Part shown: piece by piece, positions 1-11,240 of the stretch
Numbering within the stretch: the first letter of the stretch is position 1
How the letters are laid out: every line of letters starts with the position of its first letter
Assembly (NCBI RefSeq): GCF_004010195.1
Contig: NC_057719.1
Location: 26,936,418-27,000,417, forward strand
Origin: Chiloscyllium plagiosum
Taxonomy: Eukaryota
Direction of reading: 5' to 3'
DNA: 64,000 bases
Translations under genes and position numbers: made by a program
Notes under the pieces: generated by a model
The model's database searches: none
The model's input: the letters and a program-made list of their open reading frames with translations, nothing else
Told to the model about the DNA's origin: nothing

Positions 1-1232
1 CTTACTGAAATGCACATAGGCTACGTCTGTCACCCTGCCTTGTCAACTTTCTTGGTCACTTCATCAAAGAACTCTAACAAATTTGTGAGGCATGATCTCC
101 AATGCACAAAGCCGTGCTGACTATTCCTAATCAAACCCTGTCTTTCCAATTGCATGTATGTCTTATTCTCAGAATCTTCTCAAGTAACTTACCTACCACA
201 GCTGTTAGGCTTCCTGATTTATAGTTCCCAGGTTTTTTATTTTGGCAACCCTTCTTGAATAATGCCACAACATTCGCTAACCTCCAATGTTCCAGGACCT
301 CACCCACGGCTAACGATGTTGCAAAAATATCACCCAGAGCCCCTGCAATTTCTTCTCAAGCCTCTTGCAGTGTTCTTGGATATATCTGATCAGGTCCATG
401 AGATTTATCCACCTTCATACATTCTAATACATCCAACACTTCCTCTACTGTGATATGGACTATCCCCAAGATATGACCACTAACTTCCCCAGTTTCCAAG
501 CCTTCATGTTTTTCTCCATGGTAAACACAAAGAGAAGTATTCATTTGAGGACCTCGCCCACATCCTGGCATTCTACACACACATGTCCACTTTAGTCCTT
601 GAGGGGACCTATTCTCTTTTTAGCTATTCTTTTTCCTTTAATATACTTAAAGACTGTCTTTGGATTCACCCTAACCTTCTCAGCCGAGACTATCTTCTGC
701 CCCCTTTTCACCCTCCTGATTTTGTTCTCCTGTAAACTCCTGTATTCCCTAGATACCTTCAGGGATTCCCTTGATCTAAACTGCCGACATCTGAGCCATA
801 CCTCCTTTTTTATGGTCAAAGCCTCAATTTTTCTTGTCATCCAGGGTTCCCTATTCTTGCCAACCTTGGCCCTTCACCCCCACAGGAACATATAGAGCTT
901 GAACTCTAGCTAACTCACTTTTAAAGGCCTTTCACTTCCTCCCACTCCCAAACTAGTCAACCCCTGCAAGCTCTTGTCTAATTCCATCAAAATTTGCTTT
1001 GCCCTAATTTAGAGCATGAACCTGTGGACCAGTTTTGTTCCTTCCCATAGCATTTAAAATTAATAGAATGATGGTCACTAGTCTCAAAGTGCTCCCCATT
1101 GTCACCTGTCCTGCCCTGTTTCCCAAGAGTAGGTCGAGTTTTGCCCCTTCCCGAGTAGGACCCTACTTGAGGAAACTTGAGGAAACTGCTTGAGGAAACT
1201 TTCCTGAACACACTTAACAAATTCCACCCCAT
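1..1232 (-). mobile_element. CR1-clade LINE fragment, decayed ORF2
   Basis: Minus-strand peptides NPKTVFKYIKGKRIAKKRIGPLKD, VDKSHGPDQIYPRTL and SDHHSINF. Confidence 0.85.
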
Positions 1233-1858
1233 TTCTTACTCTTTAGATTCAAGCAGATCTAAGCCTTGCCTGTTCACCCTTTCCTCTTAAAATGGCATGC
1301 CGATTCCATGTATTCGTCAGGTAAACCTTCTCTGAACTATTTTTAACAACTTTACATTATTCCTTAAATGAGGAGACTCCCACCATTGTACGCAGGACAA
1401 CAGATATGGTCTTGTTAACAAACTGTATCACCTCCCTACTTTTGTTTTCTATTCCCCTTGCAGTGAGTAATAATTTTTTTTAACTTTCCTAATTACTTGC
1501 TGTGCCAACACAGTAACCTTTTGCAATTCATGTGTTAGCAAACACATATCCCACTGTATTTCAGACATTCAAAATCTTTCACAATTTACATAATATGCTT
1601 CTACACGCCTAAGTGGACAATTTCACATTTTCCTATATTATAAGCCATTTGTCAGATCTTTGTCCATTCATTTAATCTATCTGTATCCCCTTGTAGCTTT
1701 CTTCTGTCCTCTTCATAAATCACTTTCCTAACTGTCATTGCAACATCAGCATATTTAATAACTGTCTTTTTAGTCCCTTCATCCACGTCATGCAAATAAA
1801 TTGTATAAAGTGATTAGTACTGATTACCACTCATTGCCTCTTCCAATGAGAAAATAAC

Positions 1859-2578
1859 TGTTTTGAAGATGAGTGTGTACTGTACCTTGAAGAGAGTTAA
1901 AAGCCAGCAGAACGACCTGACAGCACCAAGTGTTCTGAATAAGATACAATGTAACATGTGGTCCAGCTACGGGGATAGCTGGGATAGCCGGTTGCCTGGA
2001 GACAAAAACAGATTTGAATTAGGCCAATCAGTTTAAATTAAACTCCCCAAAATGCCAAACTCCAATCCAGTTTGAATTTAGTTTATTGACAATCTTAAAA
2101 GACAATGAGACAATCCAATGCTTTGGAGGTATAAGAATGAGGAAAATTGAACAGTTGGGACGAGAACTGCCATGTCACCAACATGTAGACACTGCCTGAA
2201 AAATAGCTCTCTTAAAGGTACCTTTATTGATCCGCGACCTGTGAAGCATAATCCCAAAGAAGAAAAGAAGACACAGGAAGATTCAAATAGAAGACTCGAC
2301 AGATGGCCAGTTTTGAAAGCTTGAATCTTTGGTAAATCTTAATTGGGAGCTTTTATCAGACTAGTATTGTAGAAGGGAATATAAAAGATAGGTAAGAGAA
2401 AGGAGTTGTAAATAGATATTAGTTAATTACTCTCTGTTAAACTTTAAGAAATAAAGTTGTTAATTTTTACTTTAAATAGTTCTTGGCCTCTCAAATTTTC
2501 ACAGAATACTGCACGGGATGAATCTTTTCTGTGTTGCTGGTTTAAATTAACCAGGAGAGTTTACCCCATGTTGTTACA
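1859..2578 (+). mobile_element. Probable solo LTR inserted in a decayed CR1
   Basis: TGTT...TTACA termini, near-TSD ATAAC (1854-1858) / ATCAC (2579-2583), an internal TATAAG near 2130 and AATAAA near 2450. CR1-like sequence lies on both sides. Confidence 0.6.
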
Positions 2579-2643
2579 ATCACCCATTGATGTTTACTCT
2601 CTACTTCTTATTTGCTAGCCAGTCTTCTATCCATGCTAATAAA

Positions 2644-2757
2644 GGGGCTCTTGTGGTGTGGTGGTAGTGTCTCTACCTCTGAGCCAGGAGGCCTCAGTTC
2701 AAATCCCAGCTGCCCCTAAAACGTGTCATAACATGTCTGAACAGGTTGATTTAAAAC
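2644..2757 (+). mobile_element. Short tRNA-derived SINE
   Basis: A-box-like gtggtgtggtggtag and B-box-like gttcaaatccc. A second copy lies at about 47028-47137, ending in gaacaggttgatt. Confidence 0.65.
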
Positions 2758-3504
2758 AACTCTATCCATGCCAATATATTGATCTTTCATGATGAATTTT
2801 TATTTTTCACAGTTGCTGTCAGAAACCTATGTACAATACATTGACTTGTTGCTTTTTATCCACCGCACAATTTACTTTCTCACAGGTCTCCAATAGATTG
2901 AATAAGTTGTCCTTTCAAAAAAACATGTTATCTCTGCTTGATTACCTTGAACTTTTCTCAGTTATCTGCATTAGTAGTGCTTTCCAACATCTTCCCTGTG
3001 ACAGGTATTAAGCTAACTGGCCTATGATTTTCTGCTTTCTGTCTTTCTCCATTTTTGGATAAAGGAGATATAATTGCTTTTATCCAATCAAGTTGAATTT
3101 TTCACACGCCAAAGTAATTTTGGAAAATTTGAACCTATGTGTCATTCCATACTTATTTTTTGACCATTGAGCTGAATTTTTGTCTCCTGCACAATTCGGT
3201 GCCCCTGTCTGCCTCGTTTCCCACTACCTGAAACTTCAAGATATCCTCCTTTTGTATCCACTTCAAAACTTGCTTTTCTATCTATCTTTGTACCCTCAGT
3301 ACATTTGATTATAAAGTTGACCAGCAGAGTTTCTGTGTTGTGTATTGCCTGTTTTGAAGATTATCATTCCAGATTTTTTTTATTACATTAAAGCCAAATC
3401 ATGAAGTAAATTGCATTAATTAATCGAGCAGAGAATATAAAATGAACACTGTGAAATAAATAATCTAAAAAGTGTCAGCAACTAATTTTCAAATGGCTTC
3501 AGGT

Positions 3505-4780
3505 TTCCTGAAGAAGGGCTCATGCCCGAAATGTCGATTCTCCTGCTCCTAGGCTGCTGCCTGACCTGCTGCGCTTTTCCAGCAACACATTTTCAGCTCT
3601 GATCCAATAAAACCCCTATTAAATTTACAGCAACTTAATTTTCAAAACCAGACAGTGGCTGTTGTCTCCTGTATCGACCTTCCTCTGTTTGTGGGTCTCC
3701 TTGGATCGTCTTCGTTCTTTTGCTGCAAAGATGTTTCACATGAAAAAGGTACCTTTAATAGAGAGTGTTTCTCAGACAGTCCCTCAATGGCAGCTGGTGC
3801 TTTCTCTGGCTAACTTTCCAAAATGCTGGCTTATTTTATACCCGAAACATTGGATTATCTCATTGGTTCAATGTTGTCAAAAGAGTACAATTCAAATTTG
3901 ATTGGATTTTAGTATCCTGGGGCATAATTTAAACTAGGAGAAAGTGAGGATTGCAGATGCTGGAGGTCAGAGTCAAGAGTGTGGTGCTGGAAAAGTACAG
4001 CAGCATCTGAAGAGCTTATGCCCGAAACATTGATTCTCCTGCTCCTCAGGTGCTGCCTGACGTGCTGTACTTTTCTAGCACCACATTCACGGTGCATAAT
4101 TTAAACTGGTTGCTTAAATTCAAATGGTGGTCAAAACAACTGAGGTATATAGTTTGCAGCTGAAAATGTGTTGCTGGAAAAGCGCAGCAGGTCAGGCAGC
4201 ATCCAGGGAACAGGAGAATCGACGTTTCGGTCATAAGCCCTTCTTCAGCAGCTTCTCTCAGCCTTGGGAAATTAAACAATCACAGACTGTCTATCTTACA
4301 GTTGCAAATTGGTTCAAAACATAAGTTTGATTCTCGGCTGGTCCCCACTATCTTTATTTTAAATACCTTTTCCACTAGTTTTCCCACTAGATAGCACATA
4401 TTCAAATTAAATTGACAAGGATGAAATTCACTCGAGACAAAAACAATGCAGGTGCTGGAACTTAAGGTAGACAGGCAGGAGGTTGGAAGAACACAGCAAG
4501 CCAGGCAGCAACATGAGGTGGAGAAGTCAACGTTTCAAATGTAACCCTTCTTAAGGACGGGGTTAAGTAAGGGGAGTTGTAGGTAAAGGGATGGGATGGG
4601 GAGGGTTTTGAGTGGGGAGGGAGGCAAGGTGGTGAAGTAGGGATAGGTGAACCATCCACCTGTGTTCACCTTTCCCTACCTCACCACCTGCCCCCCCACC
4701 CAAAACGCTTCCCCAACATCCCTTTGATCTGCAGCTCCCCTTACACCCACCCCCAGCCCTGAAGAAGGGTTGCACCCGAT
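3505..4780. repeat. Cluster of short Penelope-like-element-type repeats with hammerhead-like cores
   Basis: Copies at about 3505-3600 (+), 3937-4086 (foldback), 4158-4248 (-) and 4440-4780. They share CTGAAGAAGGG...GAAAC and the flank ctgctcc..gctgcctgacctgctg..ttttccagca. Confidence 0.7.
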
Positions 4781-5169
4781 AGGATGAACTTCACAGCTTT
4801 ATGTTTGCTGAGGTCTGAAACTGCAATAGTTTATTTTCCACATTTTACAACCTCTATTGGTCTCTTAGAGGTTGTCTATTGACACAATTTGTCACTCCAT
4901 CTTTCCTGCTCATGAAGTGGGACTCATTTTTACTGTCGAAGGTTGATTGCTCATAGGAATTCAGCTACATCCCTTCATGATAGTTTGTAGGTTGCATTGT
5001 TAATTCTAACAGATAGGTGTATTTAGCTGTTACTATAGGTGTATTTAATATATAGTGACAATTACCTAAAACACCTTCATAATTGTGGGGTCAGACTTTT
5101 CTTTTAATCTATATTAAATAAACTTTGAAGCTGGTATCCTTGTCAAGATTCTCGATGGGTGTGTTTTAA

Positions 5170-5338
5170 AACCAGTCTCTGTGTCCAAGTCATCCCCCTG
5201 CAGGAGCACTGCACTGACACTCACATCACTAATGTCGATAGCCACCTTGAAAGGCTTCATTTAATCCAGTGTGGCTAATACTGGGGCAGTGGTTAACATG
5301 GTTTTTAGGCTGTCAAATGCCTTTTGACAGTCTGCTGT
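5170..5338 (-). mobile_element. Continuation of the same Gypsy element (RT connection and RNase H start), split off by the ERV insertion
   Basis: Removing the provirus and one TSD copy restores KFQWTADCQKAFDSLKTMLTTAPVLATLD*MKPFKVAIDISDVSVSAVLLQ. Confidence 0.9.
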
Positions 5339-5818
5339 TGTGGTGAAAGGGTTAAAATTGTGTCCCAATACATGTGTGAATCTAACCGAAAATGGAAGGT
5401 GTCGCTTAGTCCCGTGTGAATCTTATTACACACCTTCCCGTGTGAATCTTCTTATCTGTATGTGACCAGAATGGAATGTGTTTTTCAGCCTTGCTCTGCT
5501 GTTCACATGAATGTTTAGATCTCGAAAAGAGTATATCAGCTGGAAAAGTCTCCAGTTCGGTAGAGTCTGCTCCGGGGTTGCGTTTAACCGCCGAGCGTGG
5601 GTTGTTGGCAACCGCTCTACGAGAACTGACGGCTCCCAGTTCCGGTAACACGTAGAGTGAGTATAAACCAGACCCGTTGTAAGTACGAGACCTGGTTGTG
5701 GCGACGCTGCGGGGAATAAAACACTTATATTCTAGCAGACTCGCCTCTTGGCTGTTTGTCCTGTGTCAGACTACTTTCCTGCGAGCCTGGTCCTTGACCA
5801 TGAGAATTTTTAAAAACA
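5339..5818 (+). repeat. 5' LTR of the provirus (480 bp)
   Basis: TGTGGTG...AAAACA, with TATAAA at 5662-5667, AATAAA at 5715-5720 and three GTGTGAATCT motifs in U3. Positions 5370-5818 align without gaps to 12951-13399, with about 15 mismatches by manual count. Confidence 0.95.
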
Positions 5819-5821
5819 TTT

Positions 5822-5839
5822 TGGCGTAGTCGGCAGGAT
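5822..5839 (+). promoter_or_regulatory. Primer-binding site complementary to tRNA-Ser
   Basis: TGGCGTAGTCGGCAGGAT lies 3 nt after the LTR end. It is the reverse complement of ATCCTGCCGACTACG-CCA, the 3' end of vertebrate tRNA-Ser. Confidence 0.92.
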
Positions 5840-5874
5840 CAATCGCAATTGAGGAAAGATTTTGATACAGAACA

Positions 5875-7684
5875 ATGTTTTGGAAAAAGGCAAAGAAACC
5901 AGAGGAACAAACTGTGGAGGCCCCGACCGTCCCGGGATGGCATGGACCGGGGCATGGCGTGGCAGTTTGTTTGAGAAATGGTGGGGGGCGACCGGAGAAC
6001 TGGGAGGCCGAGGGCGTAGGAACCCCAGGGTCGCTGCTGTCCACCCTTGAGAGGATCCCAGTCCTGCCGAAGAACCCCTTGCCTGGGGTACAGCGGAGGA
6101 TGTGGGCCTGTGCGGCGGCTTGTAGACAACAGTCAGACAAGCGCCAAAAAGCTGAAGCAGAATTAGCCCTCCTGAAACATGAGCAGGGACTCAGTTCGGG
6201 AGATGCCTCTATGTTGAGGCAGGAAATTATGAAGTTAAAAGCTGAAGTGACAGCATTAACTGAACTAGCAGGACAAACTATTATGTATCTGTCTGCTAAG
6301 AAACGGAAAGAGAAAAGGAAGGTCCCTCGAACCCCGGACCCGGTACAAGTACGGGCGTTTGTAGCCCAGTTAAATAACGGGGATCGGTGGGATATCGATC
6401 ATTGGGATGGGAACATTTGGGGAGACTTAGATGATCAGTACGAAGAGGACCCACCCGTACCCCAAGCTAAACCAGTGGTTAGGAGAAAGCAGGTTCAGAG
6501 ACGTCTCCCAGTGCAACGGGAGGTAATGTTAGATGAGAAAGGAAACCCTATACGGAATGAACAAGGGGAAGCAATTATGCATGAATTACCGCGGGCTCAG
6601 CCTCCCGCAGAATTCTCTGAATTAACGGAAGACTTCACTACCGATGAGGTGCTGTTTATCACCCAGAAAACCCGACGTAATCCTGGGGAGCCGTTAGAGC
6701 TATGGCTAATCCGGCCCCCCGAGGAAGGGGGGCAACAAGTGCAGGTAGACTATCAGGATGCTCCCAAGTTTGGTGGATTAGCAAAGGATGCTGCCATAGA
6801 CCTGGGGTACCGCAACCAAGCCAAGGATATGGTAATAGATCGCAGTATGGGGACCCTATTTGGGATGTAGGCCAGGGCAGTGGCCGAACAGTATCCCTTC
6901 CCGTCCGATTGGCCCCCCTTGGAAGGAACTTGGACAACAATTAAGGAAGGGGTTCAGAGGCTAACCCATTTGTGTGTGCGGGATGCCCTGTTGCTGGGAG
7001 TGCTGGACGAGGTAGATAACACAAATGTTAGTAGACAGACTAGAGACCACCTAGTGAAGACTGCCCCCCCATTATAAACCACTGTTATTAACCATAATGA
7101 TGAGTGGACGGGGAGAAACCCTAGGAGATGCCCGTAGTATGATGAGGGAGATGGGTGGTGTGGGGGATTGGGGACCCACAACCCGTCCTCCTCAGGGGGG
7201 CACGGAGGGGCGTCGCCCTGAGGCTCGGGCAGGGGGAAAAGTAAACCCTAATCAAGGAAGTAACCAAGGCCCCTCACGGCGTGCTTTGTGGCAAGCTTTG
7301 ATACGGGCGCAGGTCCCAGAATCGGAGATTGATGGCCTACCTACACCGGAATTAAAAGACTTATGCAGACGAAAGGGACTAAAGGTGTCCCGGGTAGAGA
7401 CGGAGTCCCGACCCACTATGGAAGACCTAGTGGAATTACTAACACAAAAATGCCAGACACTGGGTCCGGTTGGTAATGAGCCTCGAAGGGGTAGAACTTA
7501 CACTTCCCAGCGGTGGGAATCCTCGGAGGACGAGGAGGAGGAGGAGGTACGGCCTCCCCTCCGAGAGTGTTATAAAGTGGATAGGCGTGGCCGGAAACCT
7601 AGTAAGAAAGGCAAGAACAAAGAAGAGCGAGGCAAACGTCTTTACCCAGTGCTGTCTGGGGAAGATGAATGGGAGGAACAATAG
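5875..7684 (+). pseudogene. gag: Retroviral gag, disrupted
   Basis: ATG 35 nt after the PBS. The 331-aa ORF ends at a premature TAG (6868-6870), continues in the same frame to about 7075, then frameshifts into the 7097-7684 frame. It has a coiled-coil segment and a basic/acidic C-terminus, but no CCHC knuckle and no Gly2. Confidence 0.85.
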
Positions 7685-10600
7685 GAATCGGGCCAAGCCC
7701 CAAGGGTTTGCCCACGAACGAGCCAATGGTCAGCAGACGACATTCGACCTCATGTATCATTGACTATCTATTGGCGCAAATCCCTCCAAACCGTTATGGC
7801 TCTAGTGGACACAGGGGCGGAGGCCACCTTAATCTATGGGACGCCCCATAAGTTTAAAGGAACCCCAGTCACGCTGGTTGGGCTGGGAGGTAATCTGATT
7901 GAAGGAAAAACAGTACAATTGCCCCTAAAGATAGCAACAATGCCCATTAAAACTTATTAAATTATCATTACACCGGTTAGAGAATGGATCCTGGGAATGG
8001 ACAATCTGGCCGGTTTAACACTTCACCTCCAACAAGGGAAGTTTGAATTTGGAATCACAAAAATGGCTTTGCGCTGTAGGACGGTGTTAGTGGGAAAGGT
8101 TAAAATGGACCCCTTCCCCATCCCGATCGCCGATCGCGTAATAAGCCTTAGACAGTATAGGATTCCCGGCGGACATAAAGAAATATCCGCCACAATGAAG
8201 GATTATTTGGAAGCGGGAGTGCTTAGGACATGCACCACGGCGTGGAATAACCCCTTATGGCCCGTACATAAAGCCGATGGGTCATGGCGGATGACGGTAG
8301 ATTATCGGCAACTAAACCGTCACACTCCGGCCTTGACGGCAGCGGTCCCGGATGCCGTCACTATTAGAGGACGAATCCAACATCATCCAGGGGTGTGGTA
8401 CGGAGTAATTGATTTGGCTAATGCCTTCTTCACAATTCCTATTCCCGAAGATAGGCAGGAACAGTTCGCATTCACTTGGGAGGGTAGACAATTCACGTTC
8501 ACGCGATTGCCCCAAGGATATCTGCATAGCCCTACTATCTGCCACCGGATAGTTGCAGAACACTTGGCTGCCTTTAAAGTGCCTGACGAAGTGATGATCT
8601 CGCACTATATTGACGATATGATGATACAGGGGACAAGTCAGAAGCAGGTTCAGGAATTGCTGGACCAACTGGTTCAACATATGCGAGGATATGGGTGGGA
8701 GATCAACCCAGCCAAAATCCAGGGTCCCTCACAAACGGTAAAATTCTTAGGAATCATGTGGAACAAGGGGGAAAGGGAAATCACTGCGAAAGCTAAAAAT
8801 AAGATTCAGGTCTTTGCCGTCCCTCACACCCAGAAGGACGTGCAGCAATTTATTGGGTTATTCGGATTCTGGAGACAGCATATTCCCCATTTAGGACAAA
8901 TTTTAAAACCTTTGTATCAAGTTACGAGGAAAAAGGCAGCGTTCGAATGGACGGAGGTCCAGCAAACTGCATTTGAAATGGCCAAGCAAGCGATACAGCA
9001 AGCTGTATCCTTGGGAAAGATACAGTCAGGACCTGTAGAACTGCAAGTCTCAGCACAGGGGGATTATGCCAATTGGAGCTTATGGCAAAAACAGGAAAGA
9101 ACCCGTAAGCCACTGGGATTTTGGTCCCGAAAATTACCCCCGGCAGGGGAACGGTACACCCCCATTGAGAAACAGTAATTAGCATGCCACTGGGGCTTGG
9201 TGGAAACCGAAGCCCTGACCATTGGACATGAAGTGATCATGAGAACAGCTATCCCTATTCTTCCGTGGGTACTTAGTGACCCCACTACCCACCGAATAGG
9301 AACTGCCCAAGAGAGCAGCATCATTAAATGGAAATGGTATGTGTCGGAGAGAGTGCGGACTGGACAGAAAGGAGTGTCAGTCCTACACGAGCAAGTGGCA
9401 GAGGCCCCTGAGGAAGGGGAAAAACGGTGTGAGGTGATTGAATACAAGGAATCACCCGTTAAGATGGGAAAACGGTATGATGAACTGACCCCGGATGAAC
9501 AAGCCACGGCTTGGTTCGTAGATGGGTCAGCCCAATGGAAAGCGGGACAGCGTAGAGGGAAAGCTGCCGCCTTTAACCCAAAACAAGGCACTACCCTAGA
9601 AGAATTAGGGGAGGGAAAAAGTAGTCAGTGGGCAGAATTAAAAGCAGTGCATATGGTAGTCATGCAAGCAGGGGTCATGGGAGTTTGTTTGTTCTCTGAC
9701 TCGTGGTCAGTGGTTAACGGCATGACACAATGGATGCCAACATGGCAGGCCAATCAGTGGATGATCCAGAATAGGGAAGTATGGGGTAAACAGTTATGGC
9801 AAGATATATGGGAGAAAGCTCAATACCTGGTCATATACATCACCCACGTAGATGCCCATACCTCTCGAAATGATGTGGAAGCTCTACATAACCGATATGT
9901 GGATGGTATCGTCCGAACCATGATGGTGCAAAGGGGCACCTCAGTGGACCTAGCTAGATGGGCACACCTTAAGGCCGGGCACTGGGGAGTGCAAGGAACC
10001 TTGCACTGGGCTCGAGACCGAGGAATAGATCTTATGGTAGATGATGGTAAGACTGCAGTAAACCAGTGTGAGCAGTGACAACATCAGCGGCAGGGAGTGC
10101 CCCAACACATGATGGGACATATCCATCGGGGGGATGGTCCGGGACAGAGCTGGCAAATGGACTTTGTGGGTCCCCTACCCTCCTCACAAGGATGTAACCA
10201 CATATGTACAGCTGTGGACACTATGTCTGGGGTTTTGGTAGCCCATCCCTGTCGTCACAACAATCAACAGGCTACCTTGCGATGTTTAGATTTGATTGAA
10301 CAATTTTATGGATTGCCCATACAGGTCCAGAGTGACAATGGCTCCCATTTCACAGGAAGGGCGGTAAAGCAGTGGTGTCACGATAACCACGTGGAATGGG
10401 TTTATCATGTACCCTATCACCCACAAGCTGCGGGACTTATAGAACGAATGAATGGGCTTCTGAAGTCCTCACTACGAAAAGCAGGAGGTTGCAATGACTT
10501 AACAGGTTGGAAGAAGCAACTAATTCGGGTGGTGAAACAAATTAATAACCGCCCATTAGGAAATGGGGTAACACCCTTGAATAGGATGATACAAGTATGT

Positions 10601-11191
10601 GATACCCCAAAGACTCAGCCTATTAAAATGTGGAAAATCGCTGAGGAAGCTGATATTCCCGTAAGGGCCACGCCGGCTTCGGCTGGACTGGACCTACGAG
10701 CACTAACTGCCCAGACTTTGATCCAACAGAAACCTACGGTGAGTAAGACCGGATTAGGATTGATTTGTCCCCCTGGAACCTATGGGCATATCCTCCCGCG
10801 GTCGGGACTGTCACTAAAGGGGATTGATGTGATGGCAGGCGTAATTGACGCAGACTACCAAGGGGAGTTGGGGGTGATCCTGGTCAACATCACCGCTGAA
10901 CCTTACGTGATACAGAAGGGGGACAGAATAGCGCAATTGGTCATTAAGCCATGTAACCTTACAACGGTGGAAGAGACGGGAGCTCCCGTTACGGTTACTG
11001 AGCGTGGAACGGGGGGATTTGGGTCTACTGACACTAAGGGGGCCAAGGTATGGGTGCGCCAGACGACCGGCCCCCCCAGGCCGGCCGAAATCATAGCACA
11101 GGGGAAGGACAGTCTGGTCACCATTATGTACCCCGGGGACCCGACCTGGGCAAACATCCCGGCGAACCAGTGCTACTTACGTGAGACCTAA
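7685..11191 (+). pseudogene. pol: Retroviral pro-pol (PR-RT-RNaseH-IN-dUTPase) in one frame with three nonsense codons
   Basis: PR LVDTGAE; RT QYRIPGG, WRMTVDYRQLN, IDLANAFF, LPQGY, YIDD; RNase [48 protein letters not shown]. Stops at 7958-7960, 9176-9178 and 10076-10078 are all in the same frame. Confidence 0.95.
10625..11030 (+). other. dUTPase domain within pol, between the IN core and a putative IN C-terminal domain
   Basis: All five trimeric-dUTPase motifs are visible: [25 protein letters not shown] and RGTGGFGST. They are followed in frame by [17 protein letters not shown]. Confidence 0.93.
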
Positions 11192-11240
11192 ATAATGTTG
11201 TAATTGCTATGCACCCGCAGGCTGACCCTCCGCCTTGAAC

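Larger units (their letters stand above)
1240..3120 (-). mobile_element. Older, heavily decayed CR1-like LINE interrupted by a solo LTR and a SINE
   Basis: Patchy similarity to the other CR1 copies in the window, for example taagctaactggcctat and ctttttccacatc-like segments. Boundaries are approximate. Confidence 0.5.

Noticed and set aside
1165..1200. Triplicated cttgaggaaact
   Set aside because: This is local slippage inside a dead CR1, with no spacers and no functional indication.
5336..5340. Alternative LTR start at TGTTG (5336)
   Set aside because: It gives a mismatched TSD (tctgc versus gctgt). Starting at 5339 gives a perfect GCTGT TSD and restores the interrupted Gypsy frame.
5406..5651. 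Antisense 81-aa and 61-aa ORFs present in both LTRs (also 12987-13232)
   Set aside because: They recur only because the LTR is duplicated. They have non-ATG starts and no recognisable motifs.
7470..7851. Overlapping ORFs at the gag-pro junction suggesting a frameshift mechanism
   Set aside because: Protease-like sequence is already in frame with gag after the TAG. The other frames show no motifs.
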